From Candidatus Poriferisocius sp. (GTDB lineage Bacteria > Actinomycetota > Acidimicrobiia > Acidimicrobiales > Bin134): a stretch of 64,000 bases of DNA. Each line of letters opens with the position of its first letter. The stretch's first letter is position 1. The translations under genes and the position numbers were made by a program. The stretch is taken from the NCBI GenBank assembly GCA_965208545.1, contig OZ242341.1, positions 3,492,288 through 3,556,287 on the forward strand, given 5' to 3'. This document shows, piece after piece, positions 1-7,919 of the stretch. The notes under the pieces were generated by a model. That model had not been told where the DNA came from. It made no database searches and was given only the letters and a program-made list of their open reading frames with translations.

Positions 1-73
1 TCGGTGGCAATTGCGATTGTTTCCCCTTTAGGTCGTCGGTCAGATTGCTGGTGTCCAGGTCACTCGACGCTGT

Positions 74-469
74 TCATGTCGGATCAGTCTCGGAGCGGCT
101 GGCTCCTTTTGCCCTGCGGTGCTCGCTGCCCCATAGGTCGACGTCGAGAGCGCATTCGAGGCGGGCGATGGAGTCGGCGTCGGGCCAGGTGATGCCATGG
201 ATGATGTTGGTGATGGTGGTGGGGGAAACCCCTGAGGCCTGGGAGGCCTCCAATCCGGTGATGCGATGAGGATCGCCCGTGGACTTGTATCTGAGGGCTT
301 CCCTGAGGCGCCGGGCGACCGCCTGCATCAAGTGGGCGGTGGGCGGCGCGTCGTCGCTGAGGCAGGCGTAGGGCCATCCGCCGTCTTCGGCCCAGTGGTT
401 CGGCTTCTTCCTGCCACGCTGTCTGGGCACAGCCAAACCATACCGCTGGAATAGCGGCTGGAGAGACAA
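74..469 (-). CDS. XRE-family helix-turn-helix transcriptional regulator (cI-like)
   Basis: 131-aa ORF. The C-terminal segment ITGLEASQASGVSPTTITNIIHGITWPDADSIARLECALDVDLW reads as a typical HTH_XRE domain. It is divergent from the AlpA-like gene across an AT-rich promoter region. Confidence 0.6.
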   Translation of the reverse strand: MSLQPLFQRYGLAVPRQRGRKKPNHWAEDGGWPYACLSDDAPPTAHLMQAVARRLREALRYKSTGDPHRITGLEASQASGVSPTTITNIIHGITWPDADSIARLECALDVDLWGSEHRRAKGASRSETDPT

Positions 470-503
470 TGGCCTTGCTCGGATGCCTTCTTTCGCCCAG
501 GTG

Positions 504-547
504 TTGACTTTTTTTATTTATAAAATATACTGGTGGAGACTTGCAAG
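504..547. promoter_or_regulatory. AT-rich back-to-back sigma70-like promoter candidates
   Basis: Plus strand: TTGACT (504-509), 16 nt, TATACT (526-531). Minus strand: TTGCAA (547-542), 17 nt, TTATAA. This is the only strongly AT-rich patch between the divergent XRE and AlpA-like genes. Confidence 0.35.
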
Positions 548-720
548 CCGGGAGGCCGCACCGGTCTGAGACTTCCCTTCAGTCTCTAGAACCTCTGCAT
601 CGGGACGTCCTCTCGGCTGCAAATCGGGGGGCTGGCGTGCTGGCCGGGTTCCGGAAAGGGAGCCCGGCTGCATGCCGGCCCGCAAAGCTCGCCGACAGCG
701 GAGCCCGGACCGGGATGCAC

Positions 721-799
721 GGTGGCCCACGCTGGCCCACTGTCCTCACACCCGGCCGGCTAGGACAGCACCTGTCCTAGGGTGGCCCACGCCGGCCCA
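721..799. promoter_or_regulatory. Operator-like architecture: 19-bp direct repeats flanking a perfect 9-3-9 palindrome
   Basis: GGTGGCCCACGCTGGCCCA (721-739) and GGTGGCCCACGCCGGCCCA (781-799) match at 18/19 positions, 60 bp apart. CTAGGACAG-CAC-CTGTCCTAG lies between them at 760-780. An extra TGTCCT half-site is at 741-746. The whole element sits about 55-130 bp upstream of the AlpA-like start. Confidence 0.4.
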
Positions 800-852
800 G
801 GTGCAATCGGAGCCGGCGATTGAGAAGAGAAGCAAGGGAACAGGAGGAATCA

Positions 853-1047
853 ATGGAAGGTGAAGTTCAGATCCTGCGAATCGGCCAGGTGCTGTGCATG
901 ACGGGCCTGTCGAAGACGACGCTGTGGAGGCGTGTGCGTGCCGGAGAATTCCCCGCTCCGGTGCGCCTAGGCGGGCCTCGCAGCCGGGCTGTGGGTTGGC
1001 GGCGTGCTGATGTGGAGCGTTGGATCGGCTTGCTGGACGCTGCGTAA
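853..1047 (+). CDS. AlpA/excisionase-type (MerR-superfamily) HTH DNA-binding protein
   Basis: Sequence MEGEVQILRIGQVLCMTGLSKTTLWRRVRAGEFPAPVRLGGPRSRAVGWRRADVERWI matches the AlpA/Xis HTH_17 pattern. AGGAGG at 843-848 precedes the ATG at 853. The ORF track starts earlier, at 820. Confidence 0.7.
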   Translation: MEGEVQILRIGQVLCMTGLSKTTLWRRVRAGEFPAPVRLGGPRSRAVGWRRADVERWIGLLDAA

Positions 1048-1490
1048 GCGCTGAGGCCGCCAGGTGTGGGACCACCCCTGGCGGCCTCCTCTCAATCGGT
1101 GTGTCAATTGATCGAGGAGAATCAACTCTATCCCTACCTAAGACTAAGGCGCCCTTTGGCGAGGGGACCGGGAATTCAAGATGGCGCGTGGAACTGCAAT
1201 CTCATCGCTGCCGCTCACCACAGCCGTTCCACGACGACTTCCGCGCCCAGACCGCAGCCGGCTCACCGGGGCGACCGTTCCCGAATGCTGAAATCGCAAG
1301 ACCGAAAACGAGAGGATCCGCATGGCTTTGCAACCGACAACTCCGCTGACTGCGTGCTCCCGGGCAATCCGAAGGATGTGGCCTCTCCGCCAAGATCTTC
1401 GCCGCTCCTATCCCAAAACCAGACTGCGGCTCCTAAGGTGCGGGAGACCGCTGTTCGCATTCGGCACCGGAAAGCGGGGCAGTTGCGGCC

Positions 1491-3242
1491 ATGGAGGGTG
1501 AAGCAGCGCCCCGCAAAGCGGATCGCCGGGTTTTGGTGTGCGATGGAGTGCGGGCCGTGTTCGCCCGCCGGACGGACGGCCTGTGGAGCTTGGCGAACGA
1601 GGCGGAGTTGGCGGTGTTGGAGGGTTTGGGCGGGCCGTCGGAGCCGATTAGCCGCCTTCGGGGGATGGGGGCGGCGCTGGAGGCCGGTGTGGCGGGTCCG
1701 GGTGACATCGCCGAGCTTGGCCGCTGCCTTCGGCGTGTGGCGGCGAGCACAGAGGTGTTCGAGGCGAGGGTGCCCCCGCATCTGGCAGCAGCGGTTACGG
1801 TCGCGTGCGCGTGGTGGGACCACTACGCAGCGGCGGAGTGGCTTGGCTGGGCGGTGTCGGCGCGCCTGGAGAGCAACCTGTCGGCCGAGACGGGGGTGGG
1901 GCCGGGCTGGCTGGGCTGGGAGATCAATGCGGGGCTTCGGCCGAGAAGGGCTTGGTGGAACGGGTGTGGGTGGCTGGCGGGCCTCGGCGAAGGGTTTTGG
2001 GAGCGGCTGGCCTGCCACCGCGACGAGGCCGTGCGCCTGTCGGCCGAGGCCAGCGACCCCGACACCTCCCCGGCCCGGTTGAAAGAGATGGCGAAATGGC
2101 CGCTTTGGGAGGTCGCCGATCTGGTGTGCTCGCATCCGCGCACCCCGGCAGGGGCGTTGAAGCACCTGTGCCGGTTTCACACCCAGCATCGGCCCGTGTA
2201 CCGCACAGCGCAGAACGCCTCGGCCGACCCAGCGGTGCTGCGGTGGCTGTTCAGGGGCCGGTATCGGGGGAACTCCGGGCTGGTCGGGGATCGGGTCCTG
2301 TGGCTGTTGGCGGTGAACCCGAACACGCCCCGTGACGTTTTGGGGCGGCTGTCGCGCTCTAAGGACAGCGGCGTGTTGAGCTGGGTGGCCTGCCACCCCA
2401 ACGCCGGTCGCCGCACACTTGAGCGCCTCGCCGGGCACCCGCAATGGATTGTGCGCCGCCCCATCGCCTGGAACCCGTCCGCCCCCGACCGGCTCATCGC
2501 ATGGCTCGCCGCCGACAGGCACCGCGGAGTCCGTGCCGTGGTCGCGGAGCGCCGCGGCCTGCCCGGAGATGTGCTTGAGCAGCTGGCCGCCGACCGCAGC
2601 CTTGTGGTGCGCGCCGCCGCGGCGGCCAACCTCCAGTTGTGCGAACACATGGTGCGGCGGCTGGCCGAAGACCCCCATCCCAGGGTGCGCGCCTCCATCG
2701 CCCGCCGGACTGACGCGCCTGAAGATGTGCTGGCCGCTTTGACTGAGGACGCCGATCCCGCCGTCCGGAAGGCCTTGGGGAACAACCCGTCCGCCTCGCC
2801 CGAAGCGGTCGCTTGCCTGGCCGAAGACTCCGACCTCGGGGTGCGAAGGGCGGTATGCGCGCGCCCCGAGGTTCCCGAGGACACCATCGGGCGGTTCGCC
2901 TGTTCCGAGGACGACTGGCTGCGATGGGGCGCGGCAGCGAACACCTCCACCCCGCCCGACGTGCTCGAAGCACTGGTCGGCGACTCCGACAGCCAAGTCA
3001 AAGACGCCGCGGCCCGCAACCCGAACATCGACGAGGCCGTGCTGGAGCGCCTCGCAGCGCACCGCGACAAGTACATCCGCCACTCGGTGGTCGAGAACCC
3101 GTCGGTGCCCGACCGGCTCCTCGAAGAACTTTGCGAGGACGAATGCGCAGTCGTGTTCTCAGCAGCCGCCTACACCCTCCGCGAACGCCGCGCCCAAAAC
3201 GCTGCCCGCGAAAGAGCGGAACCGCTGGTACCTGTCGCATGA
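1491..3242 (+). CDS. Leucine-rich-repeat-variant (LRV)/HEAT-like repeat protein
   Basis: 583-aa ORF. The C-terminal half contains about eleven consecutive ~26-aa repeats of the form NP-x-(T/S/A)P-x-(D/E)-VL-x-x-LA-x-D-x-D-x-x-VR-x-A-(V/A)A. Examples: NPNTPRDVLGRLSRSKDSGV, NPSASPEAVACLAEDSDLGVRRAVCA, NPSVPDRLLEEL. Confidence 0.65.
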   Translation: MEGEAAPRKADRRVLVCDGVRAVFARRTDGLWSLANEAELAVLEGLGGPSEPISRLRGMGAALEAGVAGPGDIAELGRCLRRVAASTEVFEARVPPHLAAAVTVACAWWDHYAAAEWLGWAVSARLESNLSAETGVGPGWLGWEINAGLRPRRAWWNGCGWLAGLGEGFWERLACHRDEAVRLSAEASDPDTSPARLKEMAKWPLWEVADLVCSHPRTPAGALKHLCRFHTQHRPVYRTAQNASADPAVLRWLFRGRYRGNSGLVGDRVLWLLAVNPNTPRDVLGRLSRSKDSGVLSWVACHPNAGRRTLERLAGHPQWIVRRPIAWNPSAPDRLIAWLAADRHRGVRAVVAERRGLPGDVLEQLAADRSLVVRAAAAANLQLCEHMVRRLAEDPHPRVRASIARRTDAPEDVLAALTEDADPAVRKALGNNPSASPEAVACLAEDSDLGVRRAVCARPEVPEDTIGRFACSEDDWLRWGAAANTSTPPDVLEALVGDSDSQVKDAAARNPNIDEAVLERLAAHRDKYIRHSVVENPSVPDRLLEELCEDECAVVFSAAAYTLRERRAQNAARERAEPLVPVA

Positions 3243-3318
3243 CACGACGCAGAACGCTGTTGCCCGCAGCAGCGGGGCCAGGACACGAACGACAACCAGA
3301 TGAGGAAAGGAACAGGAC

Positions 3319-4479
3319 ATGAGCGACGAGCAAGACGAGCAACTGCCCGCAGGCGAGCTGATCGCCGAATCCCAACAGGCGGTGCTGGCCGCGATGCAGG
3401 TGCTCCTGGCAGCGAAAGTCCCGGTGCTTTTGTGGGGCGATCCAGGAACGGGCAAGACCGAGACAATCGAGCGGTACGCGGCCACAGCCGGGTGGCCAAC
3501 GACGACCGTGATCGTCTCGCTGCACGAGCCGACCGACTTCGGCGGACTGCCCGTCCGCACAGACGAAGGGGTGGTGTTCGAGCCACCCGCCTGGGCGCGC
3601 CGCGTGGCTGAGAGCCGGGAACCGCAGTTGGTGTTCTTCGACGAGGTCAACACCGCTCCGCCCGGCGTGCAGAACGCGCTGATGCGGGTCATTCTCGAAG
3701 GCCGGGTCGGCCAACTCGAGCTGGGCCAGGACGTGCGGTTCGTGGCGGCGGCAAACCCGCCCGAGCACAACATCGGCGCGTGGGACCTGTCCGCCCCCCT
3801 CGCCAGCCGCTTCGCCCACTTGAGCTGGCCCGTCTCATTGGACGAGTGGAAGCGCGGCTACCTGTCGGGCTGGCCCGACACCGGCCCGCTCGACATTCCC
3901 ATTGACGCAGCGCCGGACCCCATAGCAGTCGCCGAGCACAAAGCCACCCAGGCCGCGTTCCTCACAGCCAGGCCCGATTTGCTGTCCGCCCCTCCTCGCC
4001 AGGGGATCCCCGTGGGGGGGTTCCCCTCGCCGCGCACCTGGGAGCGCACAGCCCGCTGTTTGGCCATCGCCCACGAAGCAGCGGCCGATGAGGAGACCGA
4101 GCTGCTGGTCGCCGCCTCGCTTTTGGGAACCGGGGCCGCGGCCGAGTACCTGGCCTATGAGCACAATCTGGATCTGCCGGACACCGATCAGCTCCTCGCC
4201 GCCCCGGCCCTATTCGCCTCTTTGGAGCGCTCCGACCAGCGGCACGCCGCGCTCAGCGCGATCGTTGCCCGCGCCGCCGCCCAACCCAGCACAAGGCTGT
4301 GGAAGAAGGCTTTCAAGGTGTGCATCGCCGCGGCGCGCCAGGGAGTGCCCGACATCGCCGCAGCCGCGGCCATGCGCCTCGTCGAAATCAAACCCGCCGG
4401 AGTGGGTCTGCCCCCCGGATACGAGGTGTTCGCCGAAATCGCGGCTCAAATCCCCGTCGATAGTGACCTCGCAGCATGA
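3319..4479 (+). CDS. MoxR-like AAA+ ATPase (AAA_5/dynein-related subfamily)
   Basis: Walker A LLWGDPGTGKTE. Walker B plus sensor region QLVFFDEVNTAPPGVQNALMRVILEGRVG. The stop overlaps the next gene's start (ATGA at 4476-4479). Confidence 0.85.
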   Translation: MSDEQDEQLPAGELIAESQQAVLAAMQVLLAAKVPVLLWGDPGTGKTETIERYAATAGWPTTTVIVSLHEPTDFGGLPVRTDEGVVFEPPAWARRVAESREPQLVFFDEVNTAPPGVQNALMRVILEGRVGQLELGQDVRFVAAANPPEHNIGAWDLSAPLASRFAHLSWPVSLDEWKRGYLSGWPDTGPLDIPIDAAPDPIAVAEHKATQAAFLTARPDLLSAPPRQGIPVGGFPSPRTWERTARCLAIAHEAAADEETELLVAASLLGTGAAAEYLAYEHNLDLPDTDQLLAAPALFASLERSDQRHAALSAIVARAAAQPSTRLWKKAFKVCIAAARQGVPDIAAAAAMRLVEIKPAGVGLPPGYEVFAEIAAQIPVDSDLAA

Positions 4480-5789
4480 CCGCCCAATCCCCGACTCCTC
4501 ATCTCGGCCCCCAACTCGGACGGAGCGGCACGGACACGGAGGGCCGCCAGAAAGTGGCAGCGGCGAGGCTGTGGATCGCCCGGCACCGCCCCTACTATTC
4601 GGCCGCGCTGTTCTCCTGCCCGCTGCTGTTCACCGACCAGGCCGACACGTTCGCCATCGACGAAAAATGGCGCATTCACGTCAATCCGTCCGTCGCCGCC
4701 TCCCTCAGCGTCGAAGAGGCCGCCGGCTCGCTCGCGCACGAGCTGAACCACGCCCTTCGCGGCCATCTCGAGCGGGGCCGCCGCGCCGATGTTCCCATCG
4801 AACTGCACACGGTCTGGAACCTCGCGGCGGACTGCGAGATCAACAACGACCTTCGCGCCGACGACTTCCCCCTGCCACTCAAAGTCGTCTATCCGGAGGA
4901 CTACAGCCTGCCGCCATCAAAGATCACCGAGACCTACTACCGGCTCCTCCTCCAAAGCGCCGAAACCATCGAAATCCCCGCCATCTGCTGCCACTCGGCC
5001 ACCACCGGCCACGACATGCCGCACCCCCAGCCCGGCCTCAGCGCAGCCAGAAGACAACACCTTCGCCGCACGACCGCCCAGGCGATCCTAGACCACCAAA
5101 ACCAGCACGGCTGGGGGTCGACCCCCGGTGGACTCACCCGGTGGGCCGAACACACCGCCGTCCCGACCGCCGACTGGCGGCGCATCCTCGCCGCCGAACT
5201 GCGACGCGGCATCCAACGCCAACCCGGAACAGGCCACTGGACCTACACCCGCCCGCCACGCCGCCCCCAAAACGGCCCCATCATCGCACCCGGAACCAAC
5301 CAGCCCGCAGCCGATATCGCCGTTATTATCGACACCTCCGCCTCAATGCGCGGAACGGACCTCCAACAAGCCCTCGCCGAGACTCAAGCCGTCCTAAAGC
5401 ACACCGGCGGCCAGCACCCCATCACAGTCCACACCCACGACACCAAAACCCACACCACACAACACATCATCAACGCCAACAGAATCGAACTCGCCGGAGG
5501 AGGCGGCACCGACATGGCCGCCGCCATCCACACAGCCGCAGCCATACGACCCCAGCCCGCCGTGGTCATCGTCATCACCGACGGCTACACCCCCTGGCCC
5601 CCCACCAGACCACCCGGCAGCAACGCCACCGTCATCGCCGTCCTCACAAAACCACAAACTGTCCAACACGTCCCCGACTGGATCACTATCATCACCGCAA
5701 CCGCCCCCGGCCCATTGGCCCTCGATTGCCAGAAGGCAGGTTCAAGACGCTCAGGCCAAGCTCTGCCCCCTCAGAGAGGTTTATCTTAA
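4476..5789 (+). CDS. Putative metallopeptidase (DUF2201_N-like, HExxH) fused to a vWA domain
   Basis: N-terminal LAHELNHALRGH (HExxH). C-terminal MIDAS elements are AVIIDTSASMRG (DxSxS), GGGGTD and VITDGY. The gene is translationally coupled to the MoxR gene. Confidence 0.8.
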   Translation: MTAQSPTPHLGPQLGRSGTDTEGRQKVAAARLWIARHRPYYSAALFSCPLLFTDQADTFAIDEKWRIHVNPSVAASLSVEEAAGSLAHELNHALRGHLERGRRADVPIELHTVWNLAADCEINNDLRADDFPLPLKVVYPEDYSLPPSKITETYYRLLLQSAETIEIPAICCHSATTGHDMPHPQPGLSAARRQHLRRTTAQAILDHQNQHGWGSTPGGLTRWAEHTAVPTADWRRILAAELRRGIQRQPGTGHWTYTRPPRRPQNGPIIAPGTNQPAADIAVIIDTSASMRGTDLQQALAETQAVLKHTGGQHPITVHTHDTKTHTTQHIINANRIELAGGGGTDMAAAIHTAAAIRPQPAVVIVITDGYTPWPPTRPPGSNATVIAVLTKPQTVQHVPDWITIITATAPGPLALDCQKAGSRRSGQALPPQRGLS

Positions 5790-6130
5790 CGCGCCCTTCG
5801 GGCCATCAGCGCCGTTCAAGTCCCGCCATGGCGCAAGCGCCTGACTCAACAGGGCTCGGGCATCGGCCGAATTTCTTCGGAAACCTCCCGCACCAGCGCA
5901 GCGTCATTGCAAGAGCGCCAAGCCATCTGCAGATTTGGTGCCCCAAGGCACGCCGAAGCGAGAATCTCTCCATTTGCCGGTCAACTCGATGAGCCGAGCC
6001 GCCTGCCGGAACTTGACTACTAGCCTGCGCCTAGGGCCTGGCGTGGGTGCTATAGCCGACCAGTGGTGCCATTCATAACCCTGGTCACCGCGGCGCGAGC
6101 GCGCCCACAGATTTCTCATAGCATAACAAC

Positions 6131-6152
6131 AGTGGTAACAAAAGTGGTAACA
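6131..6152. repeat. Two 10-bp direct repeats (AGTGGTAACA) with 12-bp period, next to the tRNA 3' end
   Basis: AGTGGTAACA occurs at 6131-6140 and 6143-6152, about 45 bp from the tRNA-Sec 3' end, in an AT-richer non-coding stretch. Confidence 0.5.
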
Positions 6153-6196
6153 GAAAGCCAACAGACATATATAAGTCCAGGTCACAAGCCTTTACG

Positions 6197-6292
6197 TGGC
6201 GGAGGTGGACGGGAATCGAACCCGCCGGACGGGGATCGCCCGTCCCACCCGCTTTGAAGGCGGGGGAGCCCACCAGGTACTCAGACACCTCC
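6197..6292 (-). tRNA. selC: tRNA-Sec (anticodon UCA), with encoded CCA
   Basis: The reverse complement reads GGAGGTG..CCCGC-CTTCAAA-GCGGG..GGACGGG-CGATC-CCCGTCC..GCGGG-TTCGATT-CCCGT-C-CACCTCC-G-CCA. It has a 7-bp acceptor stem and a 7-nt anticodon loop with U33 and anticodon TCA, the same CTTCAAA loop as E. coli selC. It also has a 7-bp long variable arm, a canonical TTCGATT T-loop and a total length of 96 nt. Confidence 0.75.
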
Positions 6293-6341
6293 CAGGAAGT
6301 GGTCAGCCTACTGCCGTTCGACTTGGTCGGCCCAGGCTTGC

Positions 6342-7898
6342 CTAGCCCACTACCGCCGCGCCCTCCGGCTCGCCCACGCCGCTCATCAGCAGGCCCACCT
6401 GCTCTACGGTGGCATCGGCCCGGTCTACTCGGCCCATCACCGATCCCTCATACATAACTACCAGTCGGTCCGACAGGGCCATCACTTCGTCTAGATCTTC
6501 ACTGATCAACAAGATGGCCTTGCCTTGCGTACGCTGGGTGATCAGCTGCTCGTGGATGTACTCGGCTGCGCCGATGTCGATGCCCCGGGTGGGCTGGGCC
6601 ACCAGCAGCATCTCGGCATTGCCGCTGAACTCCCGAGCGATCACCACCTTCTGGATGTTGCCCCCCGACAGCTTGCGGGTGAGGGTGCTGGTGTTTGGCG
6701 TGCGAATCGAATAATCGCTCACCAGTTGCTTGCCGCGGGTCTCGATGGAGCTAAGGCTCAACAGTCCGTACCGCGCATAAGGCTGCTGGTCGTAGTCCGC
6801 CAAGATCAGGTTCTCGGCCACAGTGAAGTCGCCGATGCTGCCGTACTTCATGCGCTCTTCGGGTACATAGGCCAGGCCCATCGACCGCACCTGCTTGGGA
6901 GTGGGGGTTTTCACCGGATGGCCGTCGATAGAGACTTCGCCCGACTCGATCTCCCGCAGCCCGACGATGGCCTCGGCCAATTCTCGCTGCCCGTTGCCCG
7001 ACACTCCTACGATGCCCACGATCTCACCGGCCCGCACGTCGATGTTCACATCGCGTACCGCCAGCTCCTCCCGGTCGCCCCTAACCCGGAGATTCTTCAC
7101 CTCCAGTTTGGGATCGCCCGGTTCCTGTTCGGCAAGGGTGCGGGTGAATTCCACCGGGCGTCCCACCATCATCATGGCCAGCGACTCCCTGCTGGATTCT
7201 GCCGGGGTGGTGCGCCCCGAGACCTTGCCGTCACGCAGCACCGTGATCTCGTCAGAGATCTCCATCACCTCGTTCAGCTTGTGGGAGATGAACACCAGTC
7301 CTCTTCCATCGGAGCTGAGCTGTCGGAGGGTGACGAATAAATCGGAAACCTCGGGCGGGGTCAGCACCGCGGTGGGCTCGTCCAGCACCAGCAGTCTCAC
7401 GTTTCGGTACAACGCCTTAACGATCTCGGCCCGCTGCCGCTCTCCGACCGCCATCTGCCAGATATAGGCATCGGGATCGACGTGCAGGCCGAACTCCTCA
7501 GATACTTCTCGGATGCGTCTACGAATCGGCTGGAGGTTGGTCAGACTGAGCGGAGTGCCCAGCCCCAGGGCCACGTTCTCGGCCACGGTCAGGGTGTCCA
7601 CCAACATGAAATGCTGGTGAATCATGCCGATGCCGGTCTGAATCGCCACTGAAGGTGAATCAATGTTCACCGGCGTGCCGTCGAAGGCGATCGATCCCTC
7701 GTCGGGCTGGTAGAGCCCATAGAGGATCTTCACCAGCGTGCTCTTGCCCGCTCCGTTCTCCCCCAGAAGGGTATGAACCTGACCCGGCAGCACCGTGAAG
7801 TCAACGTCTTCGTTGGCCACCACGCCGGGGAAGCGCTTGGTAATACCGCGCATCTCCAGCATCGGTGCTGGCCTCGGCGCTGCCGAGTCAGTATTCAT
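6342..7898 (-). CDS. ABC transporter ATP-binding protein, duplicated-ATPase type (BMP/sugar-nucleoside class)
   Basis: Two nucleotide-binding domains are present. Walker A motifs are GENGAGKST and GVSGNGQRE. Signature motifs are LAVGERQRAEI and LSGGNIQKVVIA. Walker B motifs are LLVLDEPT and LLVAQPTRGID. Confidence 0.9.
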   Translation of the reverse strand: MNTDSAAPRPAPMLEMRGITKRFPGVVANEDVDFTVLPGQVHTLLGENGAGKSTLVKILYGLYQPDEGSIAFDGTPVNIDSPSVAIQTGIGMIHQHFMLVDTLTVAENVALGLGTPLSLTNLQPIRRRIREVSEEFGLHVDPDAYIWQMAVGERQRAEIVKALYRNVRLLVLDEPTAVLTPPEVSDLFVTLRQLSSDGRGLVFISHKLNEVMEISDEITVLRDGKVSGRTTPAESSRESLAMMMVGRPVEFTRTLAEQEPGDPKLEVKNLRVRGDREELAVRDVNIDVRAGEIVGIVGVSGNGQRELAEAIVGLREIESGEVSIDGHPVKTPTPKQVRSMGLAYVPEERMKYGSIGDFTVAENLILADYDQQPYARYGLLSLSSIETRGKQLVSDYSIRTPNTSTLTRKLSGGNIQKVVIAREFSGNAEMLLVAQPTRGIDIGAAEYIHEQLITQRTQGKAILLISEDLDEVMALSDRLVVMYEGSVMGRVDRADATVEQVGLLMSGVGEPEGAAVVG

Positions 7899-7919
7899 AC
7901 CTTGCTATTCGGCTGAGCG

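Larger units (their letters stand above)
1..6196. mobile_element. Probable genomic island abutting the 3' end of tRNA-Sec; its left edge runs off the window
   Basis: It lies directly 3' of a selC-like tRNA, a classic island target. It carries XRE-like and AlpA/excisionase-like HTH genes plus an accessory MoxR-vWA module. AT-richer non-coding stretches occur at 470-560 and 5790-6196. No integrase and no second att copy are visible in the window. Confidence 0.45.

Noticed and set aside
1263-3083. 606-aa minus-strand ORF (and 2177-3076, 299 aa) antisense to the LRV-repeat gene
   Set aside because: The composition is Arg/Gly/Pro/Ala-rich, which is typical of shadow ORFs in high-GC DNA, and no motif was recognised. 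The plus-strand frame has a clear periodic repeat structure and forms an operon with the MoxR gene.
4088-5992. 634-aa plus-strand ORF overlapping the MoxR and vWA genes in another frame
   Set aside because: It is an extremely Pro/Arg/His/Thr-rich low-complexity translation caused by the A+C-rich strand bias. The competing frames carry Walker, HExxH and MIDAS motifs.
5904-6185. 93-aa minus-strand ORF next to the tRNA, examined as a possible integrase remnant
   Set aside because: There are no R..HxxR..Y-type integrase motifs in any of the three minus-strand frames. The composition is Cys/Tyr/His-rich and the ORF overlaps the direct repeats, so it was treated as non-coding.
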